A stretch of 56,574 nucleotides of DNA, filler included, from Catajapyx aquilonaris (GCA_000934665.2; 4 parts of 4 records of this genome joined end to end with filler, not necessarily neighbours in it), one strand, 5' to 3'; shown: positions 26,773-40,991, counted from the first letter of the whole stretch. Translations and numbers: made by a program. Notes: generated by a model not told the origin, from the letters alone.

Positions 26773-28246
26773 TCTGCTGCTGCGAGGTACTGCGACCCAC
26801 AGAAAATTGATAAAGCCAACTATATACGCCCGTGTGAACCTATAACTTAACAATACAATGCATCCGCAGCAGACAAGACTATAGTATCAGCTATATATGG
26901 GTTTTACTGTAAAACAACTGGATGGAAACTAAGCTGAATTAAGTTACTTACCGAAAAAAGCATGAGAAAAACCGATGTTATAACTTCCTCTTTGTCCAGT
27001 TGTGACATTGTTCTTTCTCAGTCAGTTTATTATTGCTATCCGTTAGTCGCATCTGAAAGATGTGGAAATACAGGTGTTACTTTACGCATACATTGGTGAG
27101 TAATGTAAAACATTCCTGTATCGAAGTCTCCCTTGCGAGGAAAATGTCTGAACTACTGAACACTATAGTTAATGCCAAATCCAGGGTTAGATACAGGAAG
27201 GTTAATTACATTGAGACGGTGCAATGAGTTGGATTAGTGTAAAAGCCACACCGCCAGCGACAAGGCTCCAACTCGTGATGCGGGACGCATTCCCTGCTTT
27301 TTTTTTCGCTTCAATTGCAGCGTACAATTTCACAATTTTGGTGTGAACAATGATTTGAATTCAAATGAACTTCTTGACAGTGTGGCCGAAAGTGAATTTA
27401 TCAAGCAGGAAAAGTGCCGTGCCATAAGCCCCACGAGGGACTATCATCAGCACACTAACTACTGCAAAAACACGAATTCAGCCTATGATGGTTGCTTAAT
27501 AATTGTAATGAAGTCAAAAATGAATTCTCACCATGATTGTCGGGCACAATTTCCCAAGCTCGTCAACCAACTTTTTCTTCTCTCTTCCGGTCGTACTCTT
27601 GTATACACGCATTGACTCTACGAGGCCAGTTCATTATAGTGACCTCGGACCACTGAGCTATTCGTACCGGTACACAAGTGTCTCCTGTCCGTCTGCATGG
27701 GTATATATCACATGGGCCCAAAATGGACGGAGGAGACGACGAACGAAGCAACTCTGGCCTGAGTTGCATTCCCAACGGTGCTGAAAGAGAAACGCTGCTA
27801 ACCTGATCTAGCCTACGTATACCCTACATGTCATACACTGACGCTATAAGATGAACTTCGATCCTACGCGTGTGACACGACGTTCCCGACGGTATACTGA
27901 CAGAGAAGCGCTGCTAACCTGATTCAACCTGATTCAACCTATCCTCGCTGCATGTCTCTACATAATTATATCAAAGAATGGCATGTCAGAGGAACGCTTT
28001 TCCACACTTCAGGTAGCGGAAAATCTCCTCGTGAACCACAACAACATAACACCTTAGAAATCAATTCGACCAGGCACTTTGGGTTCGCATGCTGACAGTA
28101 CGTATATAGCAGCTCTCCATGTACCAAATTACCATCAATGTTCCACATATCCCAGGCAACAAGCTGTCGTCATTTTGACGTCATTTTTGGGTCACTGGAT
28201 ACGTCATTTAGGCGTCACTTAGTGACGTCTTTTAGACGTCATTATG

Positions 28247-28346
28247 NNNNNNNNNNNNNNNNNNNNNNNNNNNNNNNNNNNNNNNNNNNNTTAATTAATT
28301 AANNNNNNNNNNNNNNNNNNNNNNNNNNNNNNNNNNNNNNNNNNNN
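28247..28346. other. Synthetic contig spacer
   Basis: 44 N + TTAATTAATTAA + 44 N. Confidence 0.97.
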
Positions 28347-28899
28347 GACTCGCTTCTGTTATCATGCCGTGTGGGTTGCTTAGGATAGCCAGGATAAAGC
28401 TCGTTTGCGGGGGGTATGAAACTATCTGTCGTATATAGTACATTGTGGGAGTGTTTGTGTGTCTGCATGCATTAATGCCATCCTTTTCATCATCGTCCTC
28501 CTCTCCATTATATCCTCTGCGTCCGCGTGGCCCGTTGAAGAGTGAAACCTTTGAGGTACCAGACTCTCGTAATCGAACTCCCCAAGTCACTTAGTCACAA
28601 GCATCATTACTCTTTTTTTTTCCAGGCACACCAGATAAAACATGATTATAAAACGTCTGTGCTTTTGTATTCAGGGCTTGGTGAAGACTTCAAAGGGATT
28701 TCATTGATAGGGATTTTAAGCACTTTTGCGAGCCAAGTTTGTGATATTAATTCCCCTTTATTTCTCAGCACTCCTTGGTACTGAGCAAGCCTATACAGTA
28801 TACGTCATAGAGTTTTACCAGTGCGAAGTGAGTGAGACCCTCTCTGTACCACTTTCAACACAGTTACAGCAGTTACATCTGCTTTGGTAGGCGAGGTGT

Positions 28900-29144
28900 A
28901 AAACTAGTAGTGTTACTCGTATAAGTACACTACTAGAATCTCGTGTAATTTTTTATTTATTGCCTTCGTGTCATATTCAGAGAAAACCAGCCCTTTAATT
29001 ATTAAAGGGCTTGTTTTCTCTGAGTATGAGCTTCGATGAGCCCTGACACCTTAGAGGTCCAGTTTCACCAAGACACGAAGGAAATAAATAAAAAAATTAG
29101 ATGAGATTCTAGTACAAGTACTTACGAGTAACACTACTAGTTTT
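28900..29144. mobile_element. Palindromic MITE with an internal hairpin
   Basis: AAAACTAGTAGTGTTACTCGT...ACGAGTAACACTACTAGTTTT, with an inner hairpin at about 28972-29029. Confidence 0.65.
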
Positions 29145-29526
29145 GAAAACAAGGTGCCAAACGCAATTATTGAGTTTGGCACCTTAATTTTGGTCACCTC
29201 GGGCAGATTAGGGCACAAAAGTTGAATGAATATTCCTCTCGACCAACACTATATGTTCGGATTTCTGGAAATCTGTGAACAATGTTTCTTTCCTGTTGGG
29301 CCACATTGAATTGACATAATGGAGAGTACTATTACACTGCTGGTATATACCTTGGCTTATCTTAACTGACATCAGCATTGATATTTCCCATTAATTGTTG
29401 CCCGAAAGCACATGTTAACCAGCAACAGATCACGTGTCTTAATGAGTGAAATCTGTTGGCATAACATATCTGCCCAGCAACCTGAGGTGGCTCCTTTTGA
29501 TTGGCTGCTACAGATACCATTCCTTG

Positions 29527-29650
29527 CTCACAAGTGTAGAGAGTGGCATTGCCCTTCACAAGTGTAGAGAGTGGCCTTGCTCCTCACAAGTGTAGAGCGT
29601 GGCCTTGTGCCTCACAAGTGGTGTGTGGCCTTGCCCCTGGCCTTGCCCTT
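29527..29650 (+). repeat. Minisatellite of about 28 bp, with a partial copy at about 29945-30015
   Basis: CTCACAAGTGTAGAGAGTGGCCTTGC-like unit, about 4 copies. Confidence 0.8.
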
Positions 29651-30149
29651 CTCAATAGGGACGAAAGGTCAGCACGTGGAAGAATGTACTGAAGTTTAAG
29701 CCGAGCTCCTAGGACCTAAAGGCAATGAATAATTCGATTTTGATCAAAATTTGACTGTCACATCCCTCAAAAATGTCCGTAATTATTTTGAGCTACATTA
29801 TCTCCATTAAGTAATACGTTCCCTTCAAGACTGTGTAAATTTCAAAAAATAAAAAAATAAATAACGGGTTTAGTCTGCCTGGTTTCTGCTGGATTAATTA
29901 TTATAACAGTGGGCCTCGTTTGCATGTTGATGATTATATTCCTTTCTCACAAGCCTGCTCACAAGTGTATAGAGTGGCCTGGACACAGGGACAAAAGGTC
30001 AGCACGTGGAAGTACTGAATATAATACTGAAGTGAAGTTAGTCTGACTAAATGGTATATCCATAAGTGACTGGATAAGTGAACTACATATTGATTCAAAT
30101 GTATATTAACCCTTATGCCTTCAAAAGAGATTCCCGAGGTAAAAAAAAA

Positions 30150-30216
30150 ATCCTCGACCCGGGATCGAACTCTGGTCCTCAGAGGGGGAATAATGTGACG
30201 ATAACCGCTACACCAC
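30150..30216 (-). mobile_element. tRNA-like SINE head or tRNA pseudogene
   Basis: Minus strand reads GGTGGTGTAGCGGTTATC...GAGTTCGATCCCGGGTCGAGG followed by a T-run. The anticodon arm is not intact. Confidence 0.45.
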
Positions 30217-33097
30217 CGTACTGCTCTTATTTCAGTGAGGATTGTTGTTGGAAGTGCAGTTCAAACTATCTTTAACGAACCCTGGGTACAGCGGAAAATT
30301 ATTATCAGTTTTACATATAACTTTTGTTTAGACAGCATATTTTAAAATTGCATAATAATTATTGATACCAGGCACTAAGCTGCTTACTCTTTAGCAATAT
30401 TACTTTTGATGGTTATCAAAAATATTAGCTACTATTCTACAAAATATTAGGCCTATTCCAAACTGAATCATGATTGATTGGAGCTCTGAACTGCAATTTC
30501 CTATTGGGAATGGCCCATTGCGGTACAATTGGCATCTGACGTCAATGACAGAACACATTTTATGCAGGCCATCAGACCCTCTTTCAGGCTTTTAAAAGGA
30601 TGGGTACACTTAAACCTAATATTAGCAGCTAATTTTGCTAACCATTAAACGTATGAAAGGCATGACCTTGCAATGCAATGTGGGTACAGGTGCCCAATGC
30701 AGGCGATAGTGCATCATACGTCACAGTAGTAGATGAGCTTCAGTGAATATACCCAGGCCTGACCCAGGCATTTGACCAAGAAGATAACCATCAGATCCAG
30801 AGAGGGGCGTACCACCCACCTCCCTTTGACCTTCTGCCACATGCACCCTTGCCTTCAACGCTCTCTTTCATTCCTGATCTCCAAAGAAGACGGACGTGCC
30901 CTGTCCATATATTCAGGACAAGTACTCAGGTAATAATGTGTACGCCATTTTGATGTGGGCAATGTCTGGCAGCTTGCTGTACTGCATAACTACAGATTGT
31001 GGTCGTTCATTTTGCCACTTTTTAAATCAATATTGTTACTACGAGCATTTATTAGTGCAATTAACTAAATTTAAATCATCCCCATTTGCAGGTGTCAGCG
31101 ACGCAGCACTTCGTGAGCCGAAGATTGGTGAAATGTAGGGTCAAGTTGGTCATCGGGTAGGCCTACTTGACAGGATTGCATGAATGGTGAGTACTACAGA
31201 AATATTAATCAAAATTCGGGGCTTACAGGCAGGATAAATTAAAGCGTTACGCAGAATTTAAATCCAATTAGCAGATTATTGCCTGCTCAAATATATATGC
31301 ATTTGATACATCACTGCGCCGCACCCTGACAAATTCAGGCTGGCAACAATTTGTCCGACATGATGCAGCAGGTATTAGCAAAAACAAAGAGCCTCAATTG
31401 TTGCAATGCGCAGTGAAATTAAGTGCTGTTCGACTATCTCCCCATTAGCTAGGCTCGAGTCATTTGTGTAGTAAAATGGAGCTGGACGTATGAAATTTGA
31501 CCTTGGCCCATTGCAGTAGTAGCCTGCACCATTGAACAGCAGTATTAAATGCGATAGTGTGGAATTAACTGATGGTGGTTGTGATGTTAAATAAGAGGGG
31601 CAGTATGACGAATGGGAACTAACGGCATAATTATGTCAGTTGAATTTGTTCATATAGCCATGTATCATGTAACGAATCGAGTGAAATCATTGGGAAATGT
31701 CCCCAATTGTGTTTCGTACGCTTCATGCAACCAGTACGAAGCAAGTAGGCCTACGCCATTTTACCCCCAAGGCTCCGACCAACATGTATTGATGATAAAA
31801 TATTGCATTAGACCTGCACAAGTTAAGTCCTATTGGTATAGTTTTTACCTATCAAACTGGATTTTTCATTTTAAAAATAAGTCCTCTACCAGTCGATTTG
31901 GCACTAGCATATTTGTGAAAATGTAATGAAACATGTAATGAGCTTATTTGGCTCAAAAAGATGGTGACTATTTTGCAATATTAAGCCAAATTCAAAATAG
32001 TATCTGAAAACCAACTTGATAAGCAATATTACACGAAGGTGCAGCCTACCTTTGCTCGAGTGCTGTAAATAGCAAATAACTTGCATTTTTCCTGAAAATT
32101 TGGAGGTGTGGAATATCCCCTTTAGTTGATACGATATTGTACTTTTTACTGCTAAGAACCCATTCCATAGTTTATTAGTAACTTGTTGCCTGACTTTTTG
32201 ATCTGATACACTCCACCCTTTGCAGAAGCAGCCTCAAACATCTGGGCTGCTCTGGAAGATGTGTCTGTTGCGATGGACAACTCATTTGGCTGAGACACTC
32301 CAACAACGGACATGGTCATCTCATTTCATCGCCTGCCCCCAGCGCAATCATGGTTCCTCGAGTGACTTCCGCACTTATTGGTGAGTCCTATTCTCTTGCT
32401 TTCATTTATTGGTGCCTCGTCGTGTCTCGATGGGAAATGGGACCATCCACGTACAGTTTGAGTTGAAGTATCGAAATGTGAAGGCAACTTAGGAGAAGTG
32501 TAGAAGCGACATATATATGTCAGGTTCATTCAAACATAGGCCTTCAATCTGATTAGTGTTTGGTAGCTGCATCAATTAGGAATCACTGGTGAAAATGCGC
32601 CCTAATCAAGAGCACTGGTGTGAGGCTTGTCTATAGTGGGATGCAGAGACATTTGACTCATTTCAGTGCAAAATACAAAATAGTGCACTAATATTTGAGA
32701 CCCAGTCCAAGGGCACATGTGATGAAGGTTTCTAGACATTCAATGTGGATTGCTGTGGTGATTCTGAATAACTTGTGCATTAAAATGAATGGAAGTGTAG
32801 TTATCAACAGATGCTTAAAATTGAAATTAATAATGTGAGTTGAAATGGGATATTCAGTTTGAGGGTTGCTCTCGTTAAAAGCCTGTGCCTTATTGAATAC
32901 TGCAATCTATTTTGACAATCAAAAGTTAATTCTTATGCTTTTATTGACAAGTCACCTGTAATTTGTACACGTGTGTATACCACTCCTGAAAAATGTCCTG
33001 GCAGTGCTCATTTGTAAAAAATTGTTGTACTGGAAACTACGAGTTGAGTAGCATGTGGTATAGCCTTCTCACAAAATGTGATGGTTCTAATATATTG

Positions 33098-34091
33098 TTG
33101 TGTATTCATTGCAAAGCATACTTAGACACTTTATTGAACATGTGAGGAAATGGTTACTTTGCAAGTTAATGAGCAATTACAGTGATGGTTATGTTTGACT
33201 ACAAGGCTTAATTTGGCGATGAAAATGCACGTACTGTGCATTTGTCTTTCAGTTAAGTCTTCCCTTCAATTGCATTTTTCTCGTACCTGCACTATAATAA
33301 TCTGCTTATTATTTAGCAGTGTCTTTTTAGTGGCTATTTAAATCGCTTCCCAATATAATCAGGGCACCACTCCAGTGGTGCCCTGATTATATTGGGAAGC
33401 GATTCCCAACGCAAGTGAAGTTCACCTAACATTAAAATCACCTGCATGCTCATCTTAACAAATATGAATTAGTAGAAAATGAAACCCCTTGTGGCCCCAA
33501 CATCTCTTCCATATTACTTATTAGAATATAAGTTGTATGATTATAACATTTATTAGAATTAAAGTATAGATAGGAGACTAGATAACATTATAATACAAGT
33601 TGTATGATTATAGCATTTATTAGAATTAAGTATAGATAGTAGACTATAGATTATTAAGTGGTATAATGTAACATTTGTTTTAATGTAATTTATATTCTAA
33701 TGAGGCATTCTAATGAGAGATGTTGGGGCATACAAGTGTGTTAAAACATTATTCATTTTCTGCTAATTCATAATTATTTGTGACATAGACATGCAGGTGA
33801 TTCTCGGATAGGTGAACTTCACTGGCATTGGCTATATAAGTAAGTGGTGCCCTGATTATATATTGGGAAGAGAATTTAGCCACTCAAGATACTGCTAAAT
33901 AATAAGCAGATTAGTTATGAGGAAAATGCCATTGAAGACTTGACTAAAAGACTAATATATTCATCGCGAAATTGAGCCTTATTGGAGTAAAACATAACCA
34001 TAATGTCACAATGACATTGTTCATTGCTCGTTAACTTGCAAAGTTTGCAGGTTCAATCAATAGTGTCGTATGCTTCGCAGTGAATACACAA
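33098..34091. mobile_element. Branched foldback element of about 1 kb
   Basis: 33098-33372 pairs with 33841-34091, and about 33410-33515 pairs with about 33710-33830. There is an extra near-perfect hairpin at 33341-33404 and an internal direct duplication at about 33531/33597. Confidence 0.75.
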
Positions 34092-34112
34092 GTAACACCC
34101 ATGCTGCATTAC

Positions 34113-34448
34113 CCTCAAGTGCCAAAAGTCATGGGATAGGTATCGTCCAGCCCTGTGAAGTGTAGCGACTCTTTACGTGGCATTGATTCCATAAGTTGAG
34201 CCATGCCATCTGGATGGATCTGGATAGCCACCTGCAGGATTTTGGACCTCTTCACCACGTCTCACAAATGCTGGACGGGATTCAGTCTGGCCACATCATA
34301 ATGCTCCTTGAACCAATTCTGGACCTGCTGATAAAACTGCATTTAGTCTGCTGGAATTTCCCATCGTCATAAAGCAGTGCCATGAGCTGTGTGTGACTTC
34401 CAAGTGTTTCTATCGCATGACTTTGGACACTTGACTACTTGAGTGTAT
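34113..34448 (-). mobile_element. Tc1-like transposon deletion derivative
   Basis: TIR-like ends TCAAGTGCCAAAAGTCATGGGATAG / CTATCGCATGACTTTGGACACTTGA. Minus strand carries remnants of FQQ, (PD)LNPVQHL and ESMP transposase motifs. Confidence 0.65.
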
Positions 34449-35575
34449 ATTGGGTCTTGCATAACAATGGATTGCACATGTTTATAGCTGTGTCACCTGA
34501 TTTGATTTACATTCTTGCATCTCTGTTGCTTTCAGATTTCTTTTGCCCAGAGGAAGAGCAGCAGTGATTTCCAGGACCGTTGTTACCAGAGGATGATGCC
34601 CATAATGAGATGTTGCCGGATGTTGCCGTAGGTCAGTATCATTAAGGTCAAGGTCTCAATGCAGTTGCGTGGATTTGTGTTGGCTCCTGTGCAATGTTGG
34701 CTAGTGAGAGAATTACCTGACTGCAATAAAATGACATTATTCTGAACGTATAGTCTGCTTTCTATTGGGAAATGAGGGGAAACCTTTTGTGCTGCGCTCC
34801 AAGTCTTGGCAGGTGGAATTGCATTTTCAGCATTTCCACTTAATCAGTTCTGCTACAGATGTCTTCAACTTGGGAGTTATCAGCTTTGGCATTGCTCTCG
34901 ATGAAAACTGACTAGATCATGTCAATTAAGCTTTTTTTTATGTATGAAATATCAATGTCAGGGTGCTAAAATTTGCTGAATTTCTGTGCACAGGAAGCAA
35001 TGACCTCATGTAATTGCATTGACTCTTCTATTGTGTTGTGTGGTTTTGATTTAAAAATTTAATTTTTCTCTTTTTCAGGTCAAGTAATTTGCAGCCGGCT
35101 GCTGAGATGGTGCCATCCTGGAAGCCAGCAGTCCTGACTGAAAATGATCAGCATCATTTTCTTGTATCCCCTATTTTCCCGTCGTATTCTCTTTGCAGCC
35201 CAGATGGTGCCAGTCATCAGCAGCATCCTTTTACCTCTCTACAAATCTTGCAATCTTTGGCATCATGTGCTAATACTTTTTGGCCCATGATGTTGAAGAG
35301 AGGAAGATTGACTGCCTGCATTTAAGCTTCCCCCCCTTCGACGTCATGTGCATGATGTCGAAGGGGGAGAACTTGCAGGCTGAAAAACTGTAGTGTTATA
35401 GTCGTCGAAAAAAGGCCGGGGTCGTCCGGGCGTAATTTCGGGCGGCCCCGGCCGCCCCCTGCATTCGCAGAGTCCGCTGGCGCGGAGCCTGTCTTGTAGA
35501 CTCCTCCCTTTTTTTTCCTGTTTACTTTTTTCAGAGTCCCTGGACAGTCTCTTATTTGTTCACTCCAGTGCTGTG

Positions 35576-35782
35576 CCCCTCCCCCCCTCTGCCTGCTGAT
35601 GGATGGGGCGAGGCTTGGATGGATGGGGGTGCACGTGTGGACAATGTAAGCTACCTTGCCTTACCCTATCCCCCCAGGGCAAGCCCTGGGAGGATAGGGG
35701 AAGGCAACGTAGCTTACATTGCCCATGTGCCCCCATCCATCCAAGCCTCTCCCTGGCCATCAGTAGGCAGGGGGAGGAGAGG
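35576..35782. mobile_element. GC-rich hairpin MITE
   Basis: Near-perfect arms of about 100 bp around CCCAGGGC-AA-GCCCTGGG. Confidence 0.7.
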
Positions 35783-36654
35783 CAATGACACTTTTTTTTA
35801 TTTCTTACACTGTACAAAAATGGCAATAAACATGTCCAAAATAATTGTTTTTCTGACTGCTGCTCTTTTCCAGGATCTTCAAAATAACGTGTTGCTTGAT
35901 CCTTTCCAATAAAGATGTCCACAATAATAGTTGCTCTTCTGATTGCTACTCCAGTATGTACAAAATAGTTATGACTTCAGGCTGCCCAATAATCTAAACA
36001 AACGGAAAAACAACAATTTCAGGATGAATGAGCTATTAACTGAAGAATTTAACTGGAAATGCAGAAGGCTACATGCAACTATTAAAAACTACACATATTC
36101 TAGTGATAAAAAGATTTTGGTTGGTAAGACTCATAGTATGAATTAAGAACTGTTCCTTGCAGAAAATTTCGTTGTGCAATGAATTTTACTGGGAATAGAC
36201 AGTTACATGAATAGCCTTGATATATTCCATCACCACAATGCTATTTGAACCAGCATCTCAGAAATATTAAAATAACATTGCAGGGAGCAAATAAATTAAC
36301 TTGTAGTCTGCTAAACAACCCAGAACATTTGCATAAATAAGACTGGAATAATTCCTGCAAGATGTTCCATGTCCTGAACTACTGTACGTCAAATCCTGCA
36401 ATGTTGACACAATCAAGATCTCTGTAATTGCCAAAAACCATTTCAACATGATCAGTTCTGCAGATGAATCAAAGAACCTTTCCTTTGACTTAATTGCCGA
36501 ATTTAATTCGCTCTGGTGAAATAAATGGACGCAGGACAAAAAGGAAGTGAATGGGGAATAATAAAGAATGGCTCCAGTTACGACTTGTATTGAATTAAAT
36601 TGCCAGTTACGTTAAATGGGATAAGAGTGTTCAAGAACTGTAAAGACACATTGA

Positions 36655-36781
36655 GGGCCGGTTTCACCGAGCTTGGTATATGATAAAACCAGGTTTCTTT
36701 AGGAAAATCCAATACAAATAGATAGGGATTTTGAGAAAGAACCCTGGTTTTATCATATACTGAGCTCGGTGAAACCGGCCC
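36655..36781. mobile_element. PIF/Harbinger (Tourist-like) MITE
   Basis: TGA|GGGCCGGTTTCACCGAGCT...AGCTCGGTGAAACCGGCCC|TGA; 3-bp TSD. Confidence 0.85.
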
Positions 36782-37844
36782 TGAATGTGTCAGCCAAATA
36801 TCTTCATTTAAATAGTTACTGTTGCCTTCAACATTGCACATTAAGTTGACACTGTATTCACATTTGAGAATAATAATGCAATTAATTTCTGCTGTAGTAT
36901 GACTGGGCATACATTAACTGAGATAATTCAAGCTCAGTTAAATGGGCACTTATGTAGTGGCATTGCAGTACAGAAATGTGCTAGATTTTGCAAAAAAAAA
37001 TCTTACCAGCTGTCATATTTTGATGCCAGAATCCCATTACATATGCACTCAATGATCTGATAGTTGCTCATCTCTTAGCATCCATATTTTCATGAAATCT
37101 CTCTAGTATTCAGCCTTAGAATAGTCGTACTGACGTCAATACTCTTCTGAGACTATCAAAGCACAAACTTGGAAAATTAACTTGACAATTTTTGTTGCAT
37201 AATGATTTCTGGAAAATAACATTTGTTTGGAACAGACTGTCGTAATAACTTTTAAAGACTGCACTTTACTTCCCAGCCATAAGTGCAACACAAATTTTTC
37301 AATGATTATTGTACTGGCCAAGGTACAAGTGTAATGCTTACCATGTTCCATGTCTGGTCTGCCAGGATAGTAGATGGTAAATGAATGTCTCAAGCATCTG
37401 ATGATGACAGCACCTCGCATCGCTTGATTCCAGATGTTGATTTGGATGAGGCCGAAGTGGTTGTTGGTTTGGCAGAATCAGACAGGTGATGTCCAGAGAC
37501 CAATCAGATGCATCATCTGCAAAGTGTAATGACTAATGAGTATAGGTCACATGATAATAATAATACTTCAACTTTCGTTGAGATGATCATTGCTTATTCT
37601 TTGTGACACTTGCATGGTTTGCCTCGCAATGACTTTTGGAGATTTTTAGTGGTTTTCAAAAGCATTTAGCTACTACTACATCTAGATTGCCTGTACAGTA
37701 CCCATCCTTTAAAAAGGCTGAAACTGGTAACAGAAAAGGCAAAGAAAATTTAACTTCACTTTCGACACTTTCCAGACAATGGAGCAAAGAAGGTGGCACA
37801 GTAATGATATGATATGTGAGGAACCAGCTTTTGCCTCCATTTTC

Positions 37845-38630
37845 ATCATCATCATCATCACATTTCCCTAAGAGGGGTATCAACCTTCTTCACAATCTCC
37901 TTCTCCTTCATCCTCTCCACATGGCCAAACCACCTTAGAGTAGACCTACAGTTACACCTTAGCTTTAACAGTCTCCTTAACATTACACTTCTGCAAAATC
38001 TCCTCATTCCTAATCCTATCCAACTTGGTAACCCCACAAACAGCCCAGAGATAACGCATCTCTGTAGCCAACACCCTGTACTCTTATGCCTATCTGACCC
38101 CCACTAGTTCTAACACAAGCTCTACTCTCTTCATACTTTACAGCCACCAGCAGGCGACCCTTCACTCCATAGAGACTCAGAACTTCCCACAAACCTTCCC
38201 TACTTACTGTGTCATGGTCATATGCTTTCTCTAAGTCTACAAAGGCAACATAAACCTTCTTGTTTACAGCTAAAATACTTTTCTATCGCGAGTCTCATAC
38301 AGAATATCTGATCTACACAACTCTTACCCGACATAAACCCACTCTGAATGTTCAGTATTCTCTGACTTCTGAAACCTTAGCATACACTTTCCCTGGTACA
38401 CTTAACAAACTAATGCCACGATAATTCTTGCAGTCACACACATCTCCCTTACCCTTATACAGAGGTACTATAATATAGCATCCCTCCAATCCCTAGGAAC
38501 TACACCATTATCAAAAGAAACCCTACATAAATTAGCCAAAAAAGTAACTACATTATCCCCGCCACACCTCACCATTTCCGAAGAAATAGCATCAACCCCA
38601 TGGGATTTACCTAGTTTAAGTTCTGCCTCC
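37845..38630 (-). mobile_element. RTE-clade LINE reverse transcriptase remnant
   Basis: Minus-strand KGDVCDCKNYRGISLLSVPGKVYAK and RWFGHVERMKEKEIVKK, with a (GAT)n tail. Internally deleted and frameshifted. Confidence 0.85.
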
Positions 38631-38748
38631 ATTTTAATTGCAATATATTATTAGTTACTCTAAGCAGATTCTAAGGCTTGGTCAGAAAGAAGTGACTGAT
38701 GCACTATCTGACCCGCTGCAATACAAATAACTAAACATAGGTGCATGG

Positions 38749-38930
38749 TAGGCTACTCTGCCATCAGATGTAAGACGACCGTAACTCAAAAACTAGTAAG
38801 GGTGAAAGTCACATGCACGCCCTGCACTAATCCCCTCTGAGTCAGGAGGAATTAGTCCAGGACATGCATGCGACTTTCACCCTTACTGGTTTTTGAGTTA
38901 TGTCGGTCTTCTTACATCTGACGGCAGTAC
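38749..38930. mobile_element. Hairpin MITE (copy 2 of the 12745 family)
   Basis: Same arms as 12745-12911, but with both arms complete. Confidence 0.8.
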
Positions 38931-40991
38931 TCACCTCAGTTGTTTTATGCAGAACACAGCTTCTGTAGGTAAATGTGATGTACCTACAAGGTCGCCCACA
39001 GCACACTCGGAAGTCCTCCCAGTCAGCGATTGCTCTCAAGTAGTTGGGTTGGATTCTGCAGAAGCATGATTGCAAAAGGGCCTGCGAAAGAGTGTAAATC
39101 AATCAGTACAAGGAAAAGGTGCAAAAATTCACACTCCTAAAGTCCTAATCAGCAAGTCGTTTTATTACACTTTTAATTATGAGTAGGCTACTATCGCAAT
39201 GCTGATCCTCCAAAATTTGGGATAAATGTAACAATAGAATGAGAGTCAACTGCATGACTAACTGATCACTACCGCATTATTACATACGTACTCTCCCATG
39301 TGTATGTTTATTTCTTGACATAGTCTATAATCAGATAGTCTATGACCAATTTGCTTCTCGTTTGTCATGCTGCTTCTAGCAACCAAGGCTTACAGTACAC
39401 TAGACTCAGATTTAAAACAAATCTATTGATCCAGCCAAAGTAGTATGCTGACGTGACAACTTGGCAGCAATGATGCTTAGCAATATCATCAATATTAAAG
39501 CCATTAAAGGAGAGTGATGCTATATAACCCTCTCTCAAATTATGACATTTGCCCAATTTGTCAAGATTCAAATGCGATTGCTGAATCATTTATATTTTAA
39601 ATAAAAAATAAAAATAAATCTTAATTCACTTTTGCTTCCCATATTTTTCACAGTGGAAACAATCCTGGGCCCTTTTAGTCTCAATTTATTCTGCACCACC
39701 ACAAACATTTCCCTCTCCTATTGGACCAACACTGCTTGTCCTAGTCTGCCATTCAGTAATTATCCTAAGTTTTCAGAACACCACACTGATCATGAATTTT
39801 AAATTATTACATACTCTTACAGTCTATGCTTGTAACTCACAGTCGATTAATTGCAGTTAGATCCAAGGTCGTTGAGCATCACTCGCTCGTCCAGGACATA
39901 GTGGCCAACTTGACTGCGGTGCTGACAGTACAGTATACGTCCTTCTGGTGTCCACGATGGTGCTTGTGTGTTGTGTCCCACCAGCATACCACAAACCCCA
40001 TCCTACGTACATAATCGAGTGCATTCATGAGACATGATTTTCCTCCAACTTAATTCACCCCAATTTGACTGCACTCATTGGGTCACATTATTAGTGATCC
40101 AATTAAGATTTATGGCAATGTTTATTTAATGAACTCCATGAAAATGGCTGTTAGTCATTAGATACATACCGGCACATCGAATTTTTGATGCGGTGAAGGT
40201 TCGTGACATGCCACCAGTTTCCTTTGCACACTCTATTCCTTCCATGTCAAGATTAGGAGTGGCTTCCATTGGCCGATTTGCACCCACTTTCCTCATGACG
40301 TCTCGTCCTTGGACCCTTGGCCTTGAGCAAACAGTAGATCACATATGCTGTCCAGAAAATTGCAAAGGTGCAAGTGAAAAATATGAATCATGACGTGCGA
40401 AATGACGAGATTTAATTCGCACTGTAAAAATTTGCGAGGTTAAAATTCGGGTTTGATTCCGTAATAAATATTAGCCAAGCAGGTAGTGCTTACAAATTAT
40501 TTCCATACATGAGAAATTGTGTTGCCAATTACATAAGGTCAGACGTCAATTCAAGTCTGCAAGGAAATTTTCTGATCGCACTTTAACAACCTAATTAACA
40601 ATTAACAGTCGGTTTATTTCTGTTTCCTGCGTCATTGCCGTATGACAAACGTTTGCAAATTGCCCGACGTCCTTAAAAATTGCATGAAAAATCACATTAC
40701 CCATTCGGAGGTAAACAGGCTAATGTAAACACTCTTATACTAATCAACGAATGAATCTGGACTTCTAGCAATAATCTTAAAGTCGTTATATATTTATTCA
40801 TAAATAAACCGCCTGCTCCCTGTGGTATTTGGATAATGTCACAAAATATTCTCTAAATAATTTTACTCAATAAGTATAGGCCTACCCAATAAGTTCTTAC
40901 GAAAAGGTTATAAGCAGTCGGAGCCAACTGACCACTGCAGAAAGTCTCTTTCGAGATCACCTTGGAGCTTGGACGTATATTTTGCGAGAAG

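Noticed and set aside
29527..29650. Short regular repeats resembling a CRISPR array (also 14392-14690 and 28175-28246)
   Set aside because: The units are head-to-tail without unique spacers, there are no cas genes, and the context is eukaryotic.
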